A stretch of DNA of 64,000 bases, from assembly GCA_030390025.1 (NCBI GenBank), contig CM059438.1:53260001-53324000 (forward strand). Direction: 5' to 3'. The stretch comes from Squalus acanthias (lineage: Eukaryota). Below are positions 10,611 through 23,720 of this stretch, one piece after another. The position numbers and the translations under genes were made by a program. The notes under the pieces were generated by a model that saw nothing but the letters and a program-made list of their open reading frames with translations, was not told the origin of the DNA and did not search any database. The first letter of the stretch is position 1. The number at the start of each line of letters is the position of its first letter.

Positions 10611-11172
10611 GTAACTGTTCACAGTTTAGAAATGTTGGGGCGAATTAACGTGGAGGAACAGATGGGTTTGGGTGGGGGTGGGGGTTAAATCTGCCAAAAA
10701 TGCGAGCGCATCGAGAAGTCGGCTCCAACCTGCCGACTTCCACGTTTAACTCGATCGTGTTCAGTAGGTTGCGCGCAAACCCCTCGGGAGAGGTGGGTTG
10801 CCTATTAACATATGGTAATCGCTCAATTGGAGCGATATTTCAACACACTTCTAACTTTAACATCGCATCCACGGGTTTACTGGGCTTCCTGAAACTCGCC
10901 TTTGAAAGCAAGGTGAGAGTACAACAGCAACTGAGGAGGCTGATTAAAACTCATGGAAATACAGCAGTAAATACTCAGTACCCACAGCTGCTTTCTTACC
11001 TGCGAGTGGGAAAGAGTTTGTTCACAGTACTTCTGCACTTTGGAGGTTTTCTGAATCACATCAGGATGAATGGCATTTTGACTGCCTTAGATTGGACCTC
11101 GAACAAGGAGCAAGATGACCAGCAGCAGCAGAAGCAGCAGCAGCCGGCTGTTGAGAAACCTGCAGCTGGACA

Positions 11173-11720
11173 GCAGAGAGGGAGCGGCAGAGAGGGTGCG
11201 GCAGAGAGGGGAGCGGCAGAGAGGGAGCAGCAGAGAGGGAGCGGCAGAGAGGAGAGTGGCAGAGGGGGAGCGGCAGAGAGGGGAGCGGCAGAGAGGGGAG
11301 CGGCAGAGAGGAGAGCGGCAGAGGGGGAGCGGCAGAGAGGGGAGCGGCAGAGAGGGGAGCGGCAGAGAGGGGAGCGGCAGAGAGGGGAGCGGCAGAGAGG
11401 GTGCGGCAGAGAGGGTGCGGCAGAGAGGGTGTGGCAGAGAGGGAGCGGCAGAGAGGGGAGCGGCAGAGAGGGGAGCGGCAGAGGGGGAGCGGCAGAGAGG
11501 GGAGCGGCAGAGAGGGGTGCGGCAGAGAGGGGAGCGGCAGAGGGGGAGCGGCAGAGAGGGGAGTGGCAGAGAGGGGTGCGGCAGAGAGGGGAGCGGCAGA
11601 TAGGGGAGCGGCAGAGAGGGAGCGGCAGAGAGGGGAGCGGCAGAGGGGTAGCGGCAGAGGGGGAGCGGCAGAGAGGGGAGCGGCAGAGAGGAGAGCGGCA
11701 GAGAGGAGAGCGGCAGAGGG
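11173..11720. repeat. Minisatellite, ~15-bp unit GGGGAGCGGCAGAGA
   Basis: Tandem array inside the 5' part of the transposase. Confidence 0.95.
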
Positions 11721-12651
11721 GTGCAGCTCACAGGAGACACTACCCGCGACACAGGATGTACAGGCAGAGGCTGATCTTCCTTGGCATGTCCAACAGCAGT
11801 GTTTCAGGAGGCTCAAATTGTCACGTCAGGTGGTGACAGACATCTGTAGCCTCCTAAAAGAAGACCTGCTCCCTGCTGGGCTTGGTGGTTACGCATCACC
11901 AGTGGCTCTCAAAGTGACCACTGCCCTCAACCTTTTTGCCTCTGGATCCTTCCAGGGCTTTGCCGGAGACATATCCAGGATCTCCCAGTCGGCTGCCCAC
12001 AAATGCATAAGGCAGGTGACTGATGGCATGTTTGCCAGGGCCAGCAATTATATGAGCTCCGCCTGCGATGACACCAGTCAGAATGAGTGGGCGCTCGGGT
12101 TTGTGACTCTGGCTGGCTTCCCACAGGTGCAGGGCGTCATCAACTGCACACACGTGGCATTCCGCACCCCCCCAGATCAATCAGGAGTATTCGTAAACCG
12201 CAAGGGCTTAAACTCCATCAATGTGCAGCTGGTGTGCAAGCACAAAAAGATCTTTCTGCAGGTGTGTACAAGATTCCCGGCGAGCTGCCATGATGCTTTC
12301 ATCCTGTGACAGTCCAAGCTCCCTGATGTTTTTGGACCTTCAAGTACACTTAAGGGGTGGCTGCTAGGAGACAAGGGATACCCACTTCAAACTTAAATGA
12401 TGACACCCGTCAGAAAGCCGACCAATGAAGTCCAACAACGCTACAATGAATGCCATAAGACCATATGCTGAAGATGTGCTTCAGTTGCTTAGTCAGATCT
12501 GGAGACACCCTTCAGTACGCACCAGCCAGGGTGTTCAGAATGGTCGTGGTGTGCTGTGCTCTGCACAGCATTGCACAGCAGCAAGGTTTGGACCTGCGGG
12601 GGGAACAAGGCACAGAGTGCACATCGTCTGCGAAGGAATCCGAGGAAGAGG

Positions 12652-12886
12652 AACATAAGAACATAAGAAATAGAAGCAGGAGTTGGCCATTCAGCCCTTC
12701 GAGCCTGCTCCGCCGTTCAATGAGATCATGGCTGATCTTCTGCCTCAATTCCATTCACCGGCCCTATCGCCATATCCCTTGATGCCCTTACTAGTCAGAA
12801 ATCTATCGACTTCTGTTTTGAATATACCCAATGGCTGAGCCTCCACAGCCCTCTGGGATAGAGAATTCCAAAGATTCAGCACCCCA
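12652..12886 (-). mobile_element. CR1 3' fragment inserted in the transposase tail
   Basis: Minus-strand LNLWNSLSQRAVEA...KGIKGYG; tail reads (AACATAAG)n on the plus strand. Confidence 0.85.
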
Positions 12887-13219
12887 GGAGCAGGAAGACG
12901 AGGAGGAGGAAGGTGATGAGGGCAATGCAGCACCAGCTGCTCATATTGCTGCCCGGAATGCCAGGGATGCTCTTATCAATGCAGGATTCACCTAGGTTGC
13001 ACCACTCGACCAATGCCAGAGCCACACTTTCTGCACCCTCCAATGCCACTGACAGAAAGCAGTCCTGCAAACAACCAACCACCCCTGGCACCTCCCCCCA
13101 TTGGTCCTCGTCTATTCATGTCTTCCTAGTCATCATCAAACAAGTCCTGCCATCCAGGAACCAAGAATGGGCAAGATGGGAAAGTGGTACAAACAAATAA
13201 AATTTATGTGATTGTACTA

Positions 13220-15625
13220 AAGAACGGAAAGTTCACAACATAACATTTTCTCATATACCCATGTGCATCGCCTTGTGCAACTACAAAGCTTTACTCTTCC
13301 TTTTCCTATCGCTTCTATGTGGTGCAACTGCTGTGGCTGCAGCAGAGATAGAGACAGGCTGGTCAGATCTCTGTTCTGATTGCTGAGATGCTCTTGGCTG
13401 ATGACCTCTGGGTTTTGGAGCCTATGAGGACCCCGCCAAACACTGCTCCACCTGTACCTGTGCAGGGCAGACTCGGCCATCGGGACACGAGGCAGCATGT
13501 CGGGTACTGACTGGGGGGTGGGGGGATGGGGCAACGGGTGCGAAGTGGAAGAGCCTTGAGTGGAGTTCCTATTTCCATGTCCCTTTCGCCATCATCCCTC
13601 TCGTGGATCAGCCGCACTTCACTGCTACTGCTCTGCTGGAGAGCACATTGGTGCAGATCAGTGCGGTGCTGTAAGGCCAAGGCTAAGGTATCTGTCATCC
13701 TATTTAAGGCGGCAGACATGTCGGCATCCAGAGTGTGCACGGCCGTGGTCAAGGCGTGCATGGCCTTATTTGATTGGAGCGTTTGATGTTCCACGGAGTT
13801 GGCCACTCTATCCATGCAAGAAGACAGCGTCACAATGCTCTGCGACATCATCCCACTCATGCTTAAGGCGGACTCTTCCATTCCCTCTGCAATCGTGGTC
13901 AGTGCACTTGGAAGTGCACATTCTCTGCTGCTCTTCAATGATTATCCTTTTCATCGACGGCCCCCGGGGTACAGCACCTGTGTCCAGCTGAGCAGAGCTT
14001 GAAGAGGGCTGTGCCCTCCGACACGGACTCTCCATTGCTGTCCCTGCCACCACTGTCTGCTCTTGGTTTACTTGTGATCTGTGAGTTACCAGGAGAAAAC
14101 CCAACTATCTGTCTAACTGCTCTCACCGAAGTGCGCGTATTAAGGATGAAATAGCGGAGCACTTAGCAAATGGGGACAGGATAGGACAGAGTCAACATGG
14201 ATTTACAAAGGGTAAATCGTGCTTGACTAATCTATTGGAATTTTTTGAGGGAGTAACTGGTAAAATAGATGGGGGAGAGCCAGTAGATGTGGTGTACCTG
14301 GACTTCCAAAAGGCCTTCGACAAGGTCCCACATAAAAGATTAGCATGGAAAATTGAAGCTCATGGGATAAAGGGGAAAGTATTGACGTGGATAGAGAACT
14401 GGCTGTCAGATAGAAAACAGAGAGTTGGAATAAACGGCTCATTTTCTGAATGGCAGGCAGTAACAAGTGGGGTACCGCAGGGATCTGTCCTGGGTCCCCA
14501 GCTGTTCACAATTTACATTAATGACCTGGATCAGGGAGTCGGATGCAGCATTTCCAAATTTGCAGACGACACTAAACTAGGAGGGGGGGTGGGCTCAGAG
14601 GAGGAGACCAGGAAGCTCCAGAGCGATTTGGACAGACTGGGTGATTGGGCGGATAAATGGCAGATGCACTATAATGTGGACAAGTGCGAAGTTATCCACC
14701 TTGGGTGCAGGAACGGGAGGGCAAATTATTATTTAAATGGCAATAAATTGGGAGAGGGGGAAGTACAGAGAGACCTGGGTGTTCTTGTACACCAGTCACT
14801 GAAGGCGAGCATGCAGGTGCAACAGGCGGTCAAGAAGGCAAACGGTATGCTGGCCTTCATAGCAAAAGGGTTGGAATACAGGAACAGGGATACCTTGCTG
14901 CAGCTGTACAGGGCACTGGTGAGACCACACCTCGAGTACTGTGTACAGTTTTGGTCGCCTCATCTGAGGAAAGATGTTCTTGCCATGGAGGGGGTGCAGC
15001 GGCGATTCACCAGGCTGATACCAGGAATGGCGGGATTGACCTATGAGGAGAGACTATGTAGTTTAGGGATGTACACACTGGAGTTTAGAAGATTGAGAGG
15101 GGACCTCATAGAAGTGTATAAAATTCTGACAGGTCTAGACAGACTAGATGCAGAAGGAATGTTTCCCTTGGCGGGTGAGAACAGAACTAGAGGACATAAT
15201 TTAAGGATAAGGGCTAAACCATTTAGGACAGAAATGAGGGGGAATTTCTTCACTCAGAGGGTGGTGAACCTGTGGAACTCATTGCCACAGAGGGCAGTGT
15301 ACGCCAGCTCATTAAATATATTTAAGAGGGAATTAGATATATTTCTACAGGCAAAAGGGGTTAAGGGTTACGGAGAGAAGGCGGGGACGGGATACTGAAT
15401 TGGAGGATCAGCCATGATCTCATTAAATGGCGGAGCAGGCTCGAAGGGCCGGATGGCCTACTCCTGCTCCTATCTTCTATGTATCTATGTATCTATGTAT
15501 CTGAGCTGGTGCATGGTAAGGACATGAGTCCTGTGACAGTGCACCCTCAGAAAGAATCATCTCCTCTGAGGATTCATCGGCCAGGAGGTCCACCAACTCC
15601 TGCTGTACACGTGAAGGCCCTGGCA
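13220..15625 (-). pseudogene. Harbinger Myb/SANT partner gene, last-exon relic, split by a CR1
   Basis: Convergent with the transposase; GMEESALSM-type coiled segment resembles the other Harbinger ORF2 relics in the window; the sequence rejoins across 14141-15500. Confidence 0.65.
14141..15500 (+). mobile_element. Young 5'-truncated CR1 with uninterrupted RT C-terminal ORF (14223-15398)
   Basis: [37 protein letters not shown] all in one frame; (CTATGTAT)n tail. Confidence 0.95.
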
Positions 15626-15942
15626 GAGAGAATAGATATGAATTAGGTAAAATGTTGAAATATATCATTATGAAAATAATCATATTTCACTCTATGTTGA
15701 AATCAAGTCAACATGACTGAGTGTTGTATGACATGTGGATCACTGATACTTAATTGTGTCACCAGATAGCTGGGAGGTCCCCATTCCCCCACCTCTGATA
15801 TTCAGGGACGCCAAAACGCCACTGATTTCCAGCACTTCCGCCTCTGCACTTACCAGCTGTGAGATCTGTGGAAGCCCACCTAGATTCACTCCTTTCCTGT
15901 AGATTCACCACAGCAAAGAGGGACATAGGAGAGGGAAGATTG

Positions 15943-16256
15943 GGAAGATGAGGAGGAGGAGGAAGTCAGGGAAGATGAGGAGGAGGAGGAAGTCAGGGAA
16001 GATGAGGAGGAGGAGGAAGTCAGAGAAGATGAGGAGGAGGAGGAAGTCAGGGAAGATGAGGAGGAGGAGGAAGTCAGGGAAGATGAGGAGGAGGAGGAAG
16101 TCAGGGAAGATGAGGAAGAGGAGGAAGTCAGGGAAGATGAGGAGGAAGAGGAAGTCAGGGAAGATGAGGAAGAGGAGGAAGTCAGGGAAGATGAGGAGGA
16201 GGAGGAAGTCAGGGAAGATGAGGAGGAGGAGGAAGTCAGGGAAGATGAGGAGGAGG
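15943..16256. repeat. Minisatellite, 27-bp unit GGGAAGATGAGGAGGAGGAGGAAGTCA
   Basis: About 11-12 tandem copies. Confidence 0.95.
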
Positions 16257-16929
16257 GTGGTGAACAGAGACACAATTACCTCCTTGTGAACTATGATGAT
16301 GAGGAAAATGAGCATGATGATGGTGAAGAGGGAGATGATGGAGATGAAGTCAGCCTCAAACCCTTTACCTCCTCACCATGTTCTTCTGCCTCAGGCCACT
16401 CCAGCTCAACCCCTGCAGCACTTGCTTCTTCACTCCCACACCGCAGCTCAGATACTGTCAGCTGGGGGGAGAAATTAGTGCTGGTGCCAATGTGTTGCCA
16501 GGCGTTCCACAAATGACGAAGGAGTCAGAGGACTGGGGATATGCTGTGCTTCCGCTCCCTGAATCCTTGCAGTCGGGTCTGCAGCACCTGTCCTGTCCCA
16601 CAAATTCTACAGCCATTCTGTGGAGTAATATCTGGTTTTGCTTTCCCAGAGCGACTTCAGGTGCTTAACGGTCTCTTAATGACACCACTGATTAAAAGGA
16701 TTAATGTTTTTCCCTTCCAATTGAGTGGCCCATTATGTTGCCCCTGGCCAGTGGCACTGGGAAAGACCAGGAGAGGGGCTGGGAATAAGGAGCAGGTCCA
16801 GGAACAGTTGAAAGACTGCTCACTCTGTGCAGCTTGCAACCTTCCAGTCTGAGGAACCTTGCATGAAATGTGTGAGAAGTTCATTTTTAAATATTTTCAT
16901 CAATGTTATTGGTGATATAATCAGCACAA

Positions 16930-17700
16930 ACACAATTCCAAAAAGCTTTCTGGAAGTCAAGTAGACAATGTCTAGTGGGCTTTCTTCATCCATCATCTTC
17001 ATAACTTCTTCCAAACTTATAATTAGATTTGTAAGATATGACCTTTTTAGGAAGCCATGTTGGGTGCTGTCTCTCCAAGTAATCATATATTGCATCCCTA
17101 ATGATTCCCTCAAGCATCATTCCTGTTACTGATGTCAAACTAATGGGCCTATTGATACCCGGGTCCGTCTTGTCAAATTTTTTAAAGATGGGGTCAACAT
17201 TAGCCTCCTTCCAGCCTACGGGAACCATCCCAGAGTGCAGTGAGTTATTAAAAATACAGGCGAGGGGCTGGCACAGCACGTGTCCCACCTCCCTGAGAAT
17301 CCTCGGGTGGATATCATCCGGCCTGGCTGCTCTATCTATTTTCAGGTTCTTAATTCTATGTAAAACAAAATGTTCATCTAATTTAATATTACTAGTATTA
17401 TTATTAAAATCATTCAATTCTAATAGTCAAGCATCATCTTCAAGAGTGAAGACCGATGCAAGATGCAAAGTACTCCTTTGATATTTCCGCCATACTCTGT
17501 GAGTCCTTCGTAACCTGTCCTTGAACATCCTTCGATGGCCCAATACAGTCTTTGACAGTTCTCTGAATCTTCACACAACTGAAAACGCTTTTCCCATCAC
17601 TTCCACAATTGTCATCAATCCTCTTTTCCATTAGCCTTTTAGCTGATCTAATCGCAGCCTTTGTTTTCTTTAGTTGTTCCTAATACACAGCTCTTTAATT
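16930..17700 (-). mobile_element. Old CR1 RT fragment
   Basis: LKIDRAARPDDIHPRIL, WKEANV, RPISLTSV, QHGF. Confidence 0.8.
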
Positions 17701-17787
17701 TATAGAAGCCATTATTTACTGTAACAGCTGCTTAAGCAGGTTGATATTAAAGGGACAATTACCTGCACCTTGTGCTGGAGAATGCAC

Positions 17788-18645
17788 GGGGGAGTTTTAA
17801 CATGGGTGAGCGGCTGGGAGAGAGTGCAGGTGGGGGGTTAAATGGGCAAAATAACTGAAGCCTGTCGGGAAGACCGTTCCAACCCGCCGACTTCTGGGTT
17901 TGACTGAGGTGGGACAAGGGACGGACAGCCAACCCCTTCCCAGGAGGCGGGTTACAAGTACATTAATGAGGCTGGATTTAACCTGCTCAGCAGGTTTTAC
18001 TGTGACCGCCCGGGGTTCCTGGGCCTCGGGAAACCCGACAGCTTCAGCGAGGCGTGGACGGCCTTGGGGGGGGGCACTCCTTGTGGGGCAGGAGGAGCAG
18101 GAGTGCTTCCTGCCGGACCCCCAAACTCCCCCACCAACAGACCGCCCCCCATTCAAACCCCCCTCTGCGGGATCGGACCCCCCCACCGGATTGGATACCC
18201 CCCAGGCTTGGGAATTGGACTCCCCTTGGATCGAATCCCCCCCAGGGTGGGGGATTGGACTCCCCCGGGCTCGGGGTCAGACTCCCCTTGGGATCGAACC
18301 CCCCCAGGGCTCGGGGATCGGACCCCCCCTCGGGCTCGGGGATCGGACCCCCCCTCGCCCCCCGGGGTGGGGGATCAGGCCCCCCCTCGCCCCCCGGGTT
18401 CGGGGATCGGACCTACCTGGTCCTGTGGCCTCCTCTGAGGTGCTCCCCGCCTGCCCATCAATCAGGTTGTTATCCGGGTGGGGAACCTGTCACTGACAGA
18501 AGACACACACTCTGGGGTTAAATCTCAACAACTTGCGGAGAAACTCAGTCTTACGGGTTTCCCACGCGCTACCAGACCACTGCACCCCCCCCCCCCGCTC
18601 CCCCCACCGGCTCCCAGTGTGTCGGGATATAAAATATCCCCCCCC
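17788..18645. mobile_element. Probable Harbinger-type MITE with internal GGATCGGACCCCC-like repeats
   Basis: Loose GGGG..TTTTA / TAAAA..CCCC ends; GC-rich; ends resemble other MITEs here; TSD not resolved. Confidence 0.4.
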
Positions 18646-19589
18646 AACCCCGTATTTCTCAAGCACGAAACATAAGAAAAAGGGGCAGAGAGGCATGGGT
18701 TCCACACCACCTTCTCAGTTGCCCTGGGATATCTCCCTCGCGGGGCAGCGTGCTTGTGTCTTGCGTACACCATTTCCAGCTGCACCAAGGATAGCTGGGC
18801 CTGAGACCTCCCAATCCCCCATCCCGGGGGGGTTCAGGCCCAGGACTGCTCGCACACGGGATCTGAGAAGGGAAGGGGCAAGCAGCAAGAAAATGGAGGC
18901 TGGAAAGAGGCAAGCCCCTGTTTACTGTAGACGCCCAACAATATCGGCAATGCTGGAGGCCGGTGTTTGGAGACCCTACTGCCGATGGCCTCTTAGGCCT
19001 CAGGCTGCGGTTAGATTTTAGCCCCTGTTTCCAGGTACAAAGTCCTTCCAAGGAGCAGGCTTGCCGCTGGGGTAGTTTGGGTCCAGAATATCGAGCTGAA
19101 CCCACAAATCAAGGTGAATGTTTGTCAAATCAGGTCAGGCAAAGGGCATTTCAGGGAGGAAAATGATCCTCTAAATGTGACGACAGGGATTTTCACCAAT
19201 CCTGACATATGTATGAGAAAGATCGATGGTTGAGTTAGGTGATGTTAATTGTGAGTAACGTGAAGTCTGTGCCATGGGCCCTGCTTACGTTTTTCTTCAG
19301 CATGTGTTTATTATTTCTGGCCGAAATTCCTGTACGTTCTCACCCTGACGTGTTCATGGACCCCAGCCCAGTAAAGGGCTAGTGACCATTTATGGCAAAA
19401 ATAAAAGGCAAAATTAAAACCAGAGTGGAGGAGATTTCTGGTTAAGCTCCTTGTTTGATAAAGTTGACTGGAGCGTTTGTGTGAATGTGTTTCAGTTGGC
19501 TCTATAAATAGAAGCATAAACAATAGTCTGGAAATTTCTGTCCAGGTGCAAACTGGTGGTTAATGGTACATTACCAGCCAATCTAATGC

Positions 19590-21390
19590 TGGTCCCAGAC
19601 TTTAGGAGGGCTAACTTTACAAAAATGGCTGAAGAGCTGGCAAAAGTTGACTGGCCAACCCTACTAGATAGGCAATCAAGTACTAAGAACAAATGGGTTT
19701 AAATTAAGATAATTCTCAAACAGAATGAAATCCCAATGGTTAAAAGAAGGGCATATGGTGAAACAAAACCATTATGGTTGACGAGGAATGTACAGAGGCA
19801 AATTTGATTGAACCAGAAGGTAATCTACACACTTAAGACATTTAACTCACAGGAGAACAGGGAAATGTACTGCATGCAATTGGGGGAGAAAAAAATAGCC
19901 AAGAGTTCTCTGGGAAACAAGATGGTGTGTAATTGTGGCAGTAACAGCAAAAGCTTTGTCAGCTCTGTCAGAATCAGAAGACCATTAATGACCGTATAGG
20001 GTCACTAAAGGATACTGTATTGCAGATTCAAACTGAGTTTCAGGTTATGGCAGAGCTGCTAAAAGACTATTTTGCATCAGTCCATACTCCTGTAAATGAT
20101 GCTTATATTCCAGATGAGGGGTGCTTAGTATTGAATAGCATTATTAATATTAACATTGATAGTGATGTCATCTTGGATAGATTAGGAAAGCTCAAAATTG
20201 ATAGGGCTCCAGGTCCGGATAATATCCATCCAAGGGTGATAAAAGAGATGGGACGGGTGCTCTGTGAGCCCCTTGCCCGTATCATCAATAGTTCAATAGA
20301 GTCAGGGATAGTTCCCTTAGACTGGAAGCTAGTTTATGCAGTTCCTATTTTTAAAAAAAGGGGACAAATCAGAGCCAGGGAACAACAGACCTATCAGCCT
20401 GACGTCCATAATTGGGAAGATGCTGGAAGAGATGGTAAGAGATGCCCTTTATGATCACTGGGAAAGGGAATGGCCATTACAAATTCACAACACCGCTTCC
20501 CAAAAAAATAGGTCGGGCCGAACAAATGTGATTGTGTTTTTTGAGGAGGTCACTAAGGTAATGGATGAGGGAAATCCAGCAGACGTTGTCTACCTGGCCT
20601 TTCAGAAAGCCTTTGATAAGGTATCTCACACTAGATTACTTCACAAGGTAGAAGCTTGTGATATCAGTAAAAATTTGAAACACTGGATTAGGAATTGGCT
20701 CCAATTCCGCAGCCAAAAAGTTGTGGTTAACGGATGTGGTTGAGCTTGGAGACGTGTTACTAGTGGTGTCCCCCAGGGATCGGTTCTAGGCCCGCTACTC
20801 TTCACGGTCTTTATTACTGACCTGGACAGTGTGTTGGGAGTATGGTCAGTATGTTTGCAGATGAAACCAAAATCTGTGCAAGGATTAAGACGGTAGAGGA
20901 GTGAAATCAAATCCAAAAATAATATTTACAGCACAGAAACAGGCCATTCGGCCCAACTGGTCGATGCTGGTGTTTATGCTCCACACGAGCCTCCTCCCTC
21001 CACACCAGTCGGCAACACATTCCAGAGACTCGCTACTCTCTGGGGAAGGAAGAGCCGCCAAACAGCCAGTCTATTCTTACTCTTACATCGTTTAAACTCG
21101 TGTCCCTCCACAATCTGATTTAGATGTGCTGGAGCAGTGGGCCAGACAATAACAAACAGCGTTTAATTTAGATAAATGTAGTGTCATGCATATTGGTTGG
21201 GCCAACACAGAATACACATATAATTGGCAGGGAATAACACTGAAAGAGTTTGAGAGAGAAAAAGATCTTGGTGTTATTGTGCACAGATCACTAAAGGTTA
21301 TTGATTGAGGTAGAGAAACTGTAGCTAAAGCTAACAGAGTATTGGGTTGGATTAATAGAGCCATTCAGTATAATCAAAGGACACCATTTT
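19590..21390 (+). mobile_element. Old degenerate CR1 (ORF2)
   Basis: [40 protein letters not shown]; a short antisense CR1 tail is inserted at ~20925-21000. Confidence 0.8.
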
Positions 21391-21622
21391 GACACTAGAC
21401 AGGGGGTAGGTAGGAAGTGTGAGGATTCCATCCTCAGCACCTCACCACATGCGGCTTGTAGACTCTTCCACACTTGCCACTATGTGTTGGCAGCTTCTGG
21501 ACAGATTCCGTGTGGGCCAGGCTTGAAGGACCAGCTGGTCTATTCCTGTCTGCCAATTCCCTATGTTTGGATGTGACTGGGGCAATGTGTCCAGAGCTGG
21601 CAACAGTTGGTGGCAAGTGTGG

Positions 21623-21840
21623 AGGAGTCCACAAGCCGCATGTGGGAGGTGGAGTCCACAAGCCGCATGTGGGAGGTGGAGTCCACAAGCCGCATGTGGG
21701 AGGTGGAGTCCACAAGCCGCATGTGGGAGGTGGAGTCCACAAGCCGCATGTGGGAGGTGGAGTCCACAAGCCGCATGTGGGAGGTGGAGTCCACAAGCCG
21801 CATGTGGGAGGTGGAGTCCACAAGCCTCATGTGGGAGGTG
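21623..21840. repeat. Minisatellite, 27-bp unit GGAGTCCACAAGCCGCATGTGGGAGGT (~8 copies)
   Basis: Tandem copies within a probable Harbinger ORF2 relic (~21590-22400, +). Confidence 0.93.
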
Positions 21841-23412
21841 CTGAGGATGGATCCAGAGTCAGCCGCGGAAGGACCAGCAGTTCCATTGCCATCTGCAGCT
21901 CAGCCCCTCACCAGAAAAGCCACCGTTCAGGCCTTGGGCTGCAATCCTCAGCACCTCATTGGGAAGGGATACGATGAACTTGTCCAAATTAGGTGCAACA
22001 TTAGGATGGGCTTCAGCGATTTCATTGCTGCCGTAAGGCCTGCTACTCTCGGGTTTGAGGGCATAGCGTCATGGAGGCTAATAATGGACCGGCCACAAAT
22101 GCCAATGGCCGATGCTGCTGTCTCTCAGGGTGGCAGCACTTCCACTGTCCTCACCCTTGCCCCCATGACTGTCCAGGAGCCAAAAAAGAGGCAGGGCTAG
22201 GCCATCCCTACAGCAGCAGGGGTGTCATAGCCTGAAGGGATCTGTGCTCAGACAGATAGAGTGACAGCTCTTTCCGTGAACCTCTCCTGGTCAACAGCTG
22301 ACAACGCCTCTCCCAGTCTCCTTACAGTGGGCCTTTGCCCACAGGAAGCACTGGAATAGATAGTCGAACACAACAAGCACTAATTGCAGGAAAGGGAAGC
22401 ACCATGGTGACAGACAGAGACACAGGGCACAGTGGATGGAAAATGATTTATATGCATCACTGTGTAAGCAGAAGAGTTTGATTGGACTGCTTGAAGTGTC
22501 GCTTATCTTGTTGTGAACACATTGGGGGAAAAATTGGGTTGGTTAGCGCCTCCGGTTAGTGCCTCTGGGGGCGGGGGGGGGGGCGCTAACGGGGCGCTAA
22601 CGACTTACCGCCCAAGCACGACAATTTTAGCGCTGCCCGCGAAATTGACCTGGTGCTTTGCGGTGGCGCTAAACACTACCGCTGCGATCTCCTGCGCACG
22701 GAGATCGTGATGTCATCCAAGCGCGCAACGCCCTGGACCGGAAATTGATTCTCGCCCCCTGCCTTAGCGCCTGCCGCTAGGAACAACAGGTAGAGGGGGA
22801 CGGTTTGCAGTCGGCAAGGAGCTGGGGGAGCGCTATTTAAAGGTGTGCGCTTCCTGCTTTTTCCTTTTGGCAAAATTTTTGGCATACGCAGGTTGAGGGA
22901 GAGAGGCTTCTGGAGAGATTTCACGCTGTCCTATGAGGAGTTTTGGTCCTGAGCAACACGTTTCAGGTTCCTATTTCTCTGAGGGGAAAAGTTCCTTTAT
23001 ATCTACGCCCCTCATAATTTTGTACACCTCAATCAGGTCCCCCCTCAGCCTTCTCTGCTCTAAGGAAAACAACCCCAGCCTGTCCAGTCTCTCTTCATAG
23101 CTGAAGCACTCCAGCCCAGGTAACATCCTGGTGAATCTCTTCTGCACCCTCTCTAATGCAATCACATCCTTCCTGTAGTGTGGCGACCAGAACTGCACAC
23201 TGTATTCCAGCTGTGGCCTAACTAGCGTTTTGTACAGCTCCATCATAACCTCCCTGCTCTTATATTCTATGCCTCGGCTAATGAAGGCAAGTATCCCATA
23301 TGCCTTTTTAACCACCTTATCTACCTGTCCTGCTGCCTTCAGGGATCTATGTACATGCACACCAAGGTCCCTCTGATCCGCTGTCCTTCCTAGGGTCCTA
23401 CCATTCATTGTG

Positions 23413-23720
23413 GAGGGCAACACGGTGGCATAGTGGTTAGCACTGTTACCTCACAGCGCCAGGGACCCGGGTTTGAATCCGGCCTAGGGTGACTGTCTGT
23501 GTGGAGTTTGCACATTCTCCCCGTGTCTGCGTGGATTTCCTTCGGGTGCTCCGGTTTCCTCCCACAGTCCAAAGATGTGCGGGTTAGGTTGATTTGGCTA
23601 TGATAAATTGACCCTTAGTGTTAGGGGGATTAAATACGTGGGGATAGGGTGGGATATGTGTCGGTGCAGGCTCGATGGGCCGAAATGGCCTCTATCTGCA
23701 CTGTGGGGATTCTGTGATTC
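23413..23720 (+). mobile_element. tRNA-derived SINE (HE1/V-SINE-like) inserted in the CR1
   Basis: A box TGGCATAGTGG, B box GGTTTGAATCC, V-domain-like TGTGTGGAGTTTGCACATTCTCCCCGTG, CR1-like tail (GATTCTGT)n. Confidence 0.85.

Larger units (their letters stand above)
11086..12995 (+). pseudogene. Harbinger (HARBI1-like) DDE transposase pseudogene
   Basis: CFRRLKLSRQVV, KVTTALNLFASGSFQ, FPQVQGVINCTHV (D to N), GDKGYP, VVCCALHS, acidic tail; stops/frameshifts, minisatellite and CR1 inserts. Confidence 0.88.

Noticed and set aside
16930..20740. Large inverted repeat between CR1 fragments
   Set aside because: Two diverged copies of a related CR1 family in opposite orientation; no shared breakpoints seen.
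23413..23490. tRNA gene
   Set aside because: A tRNA-like head continuing into a SINE body and LINE-like tail.
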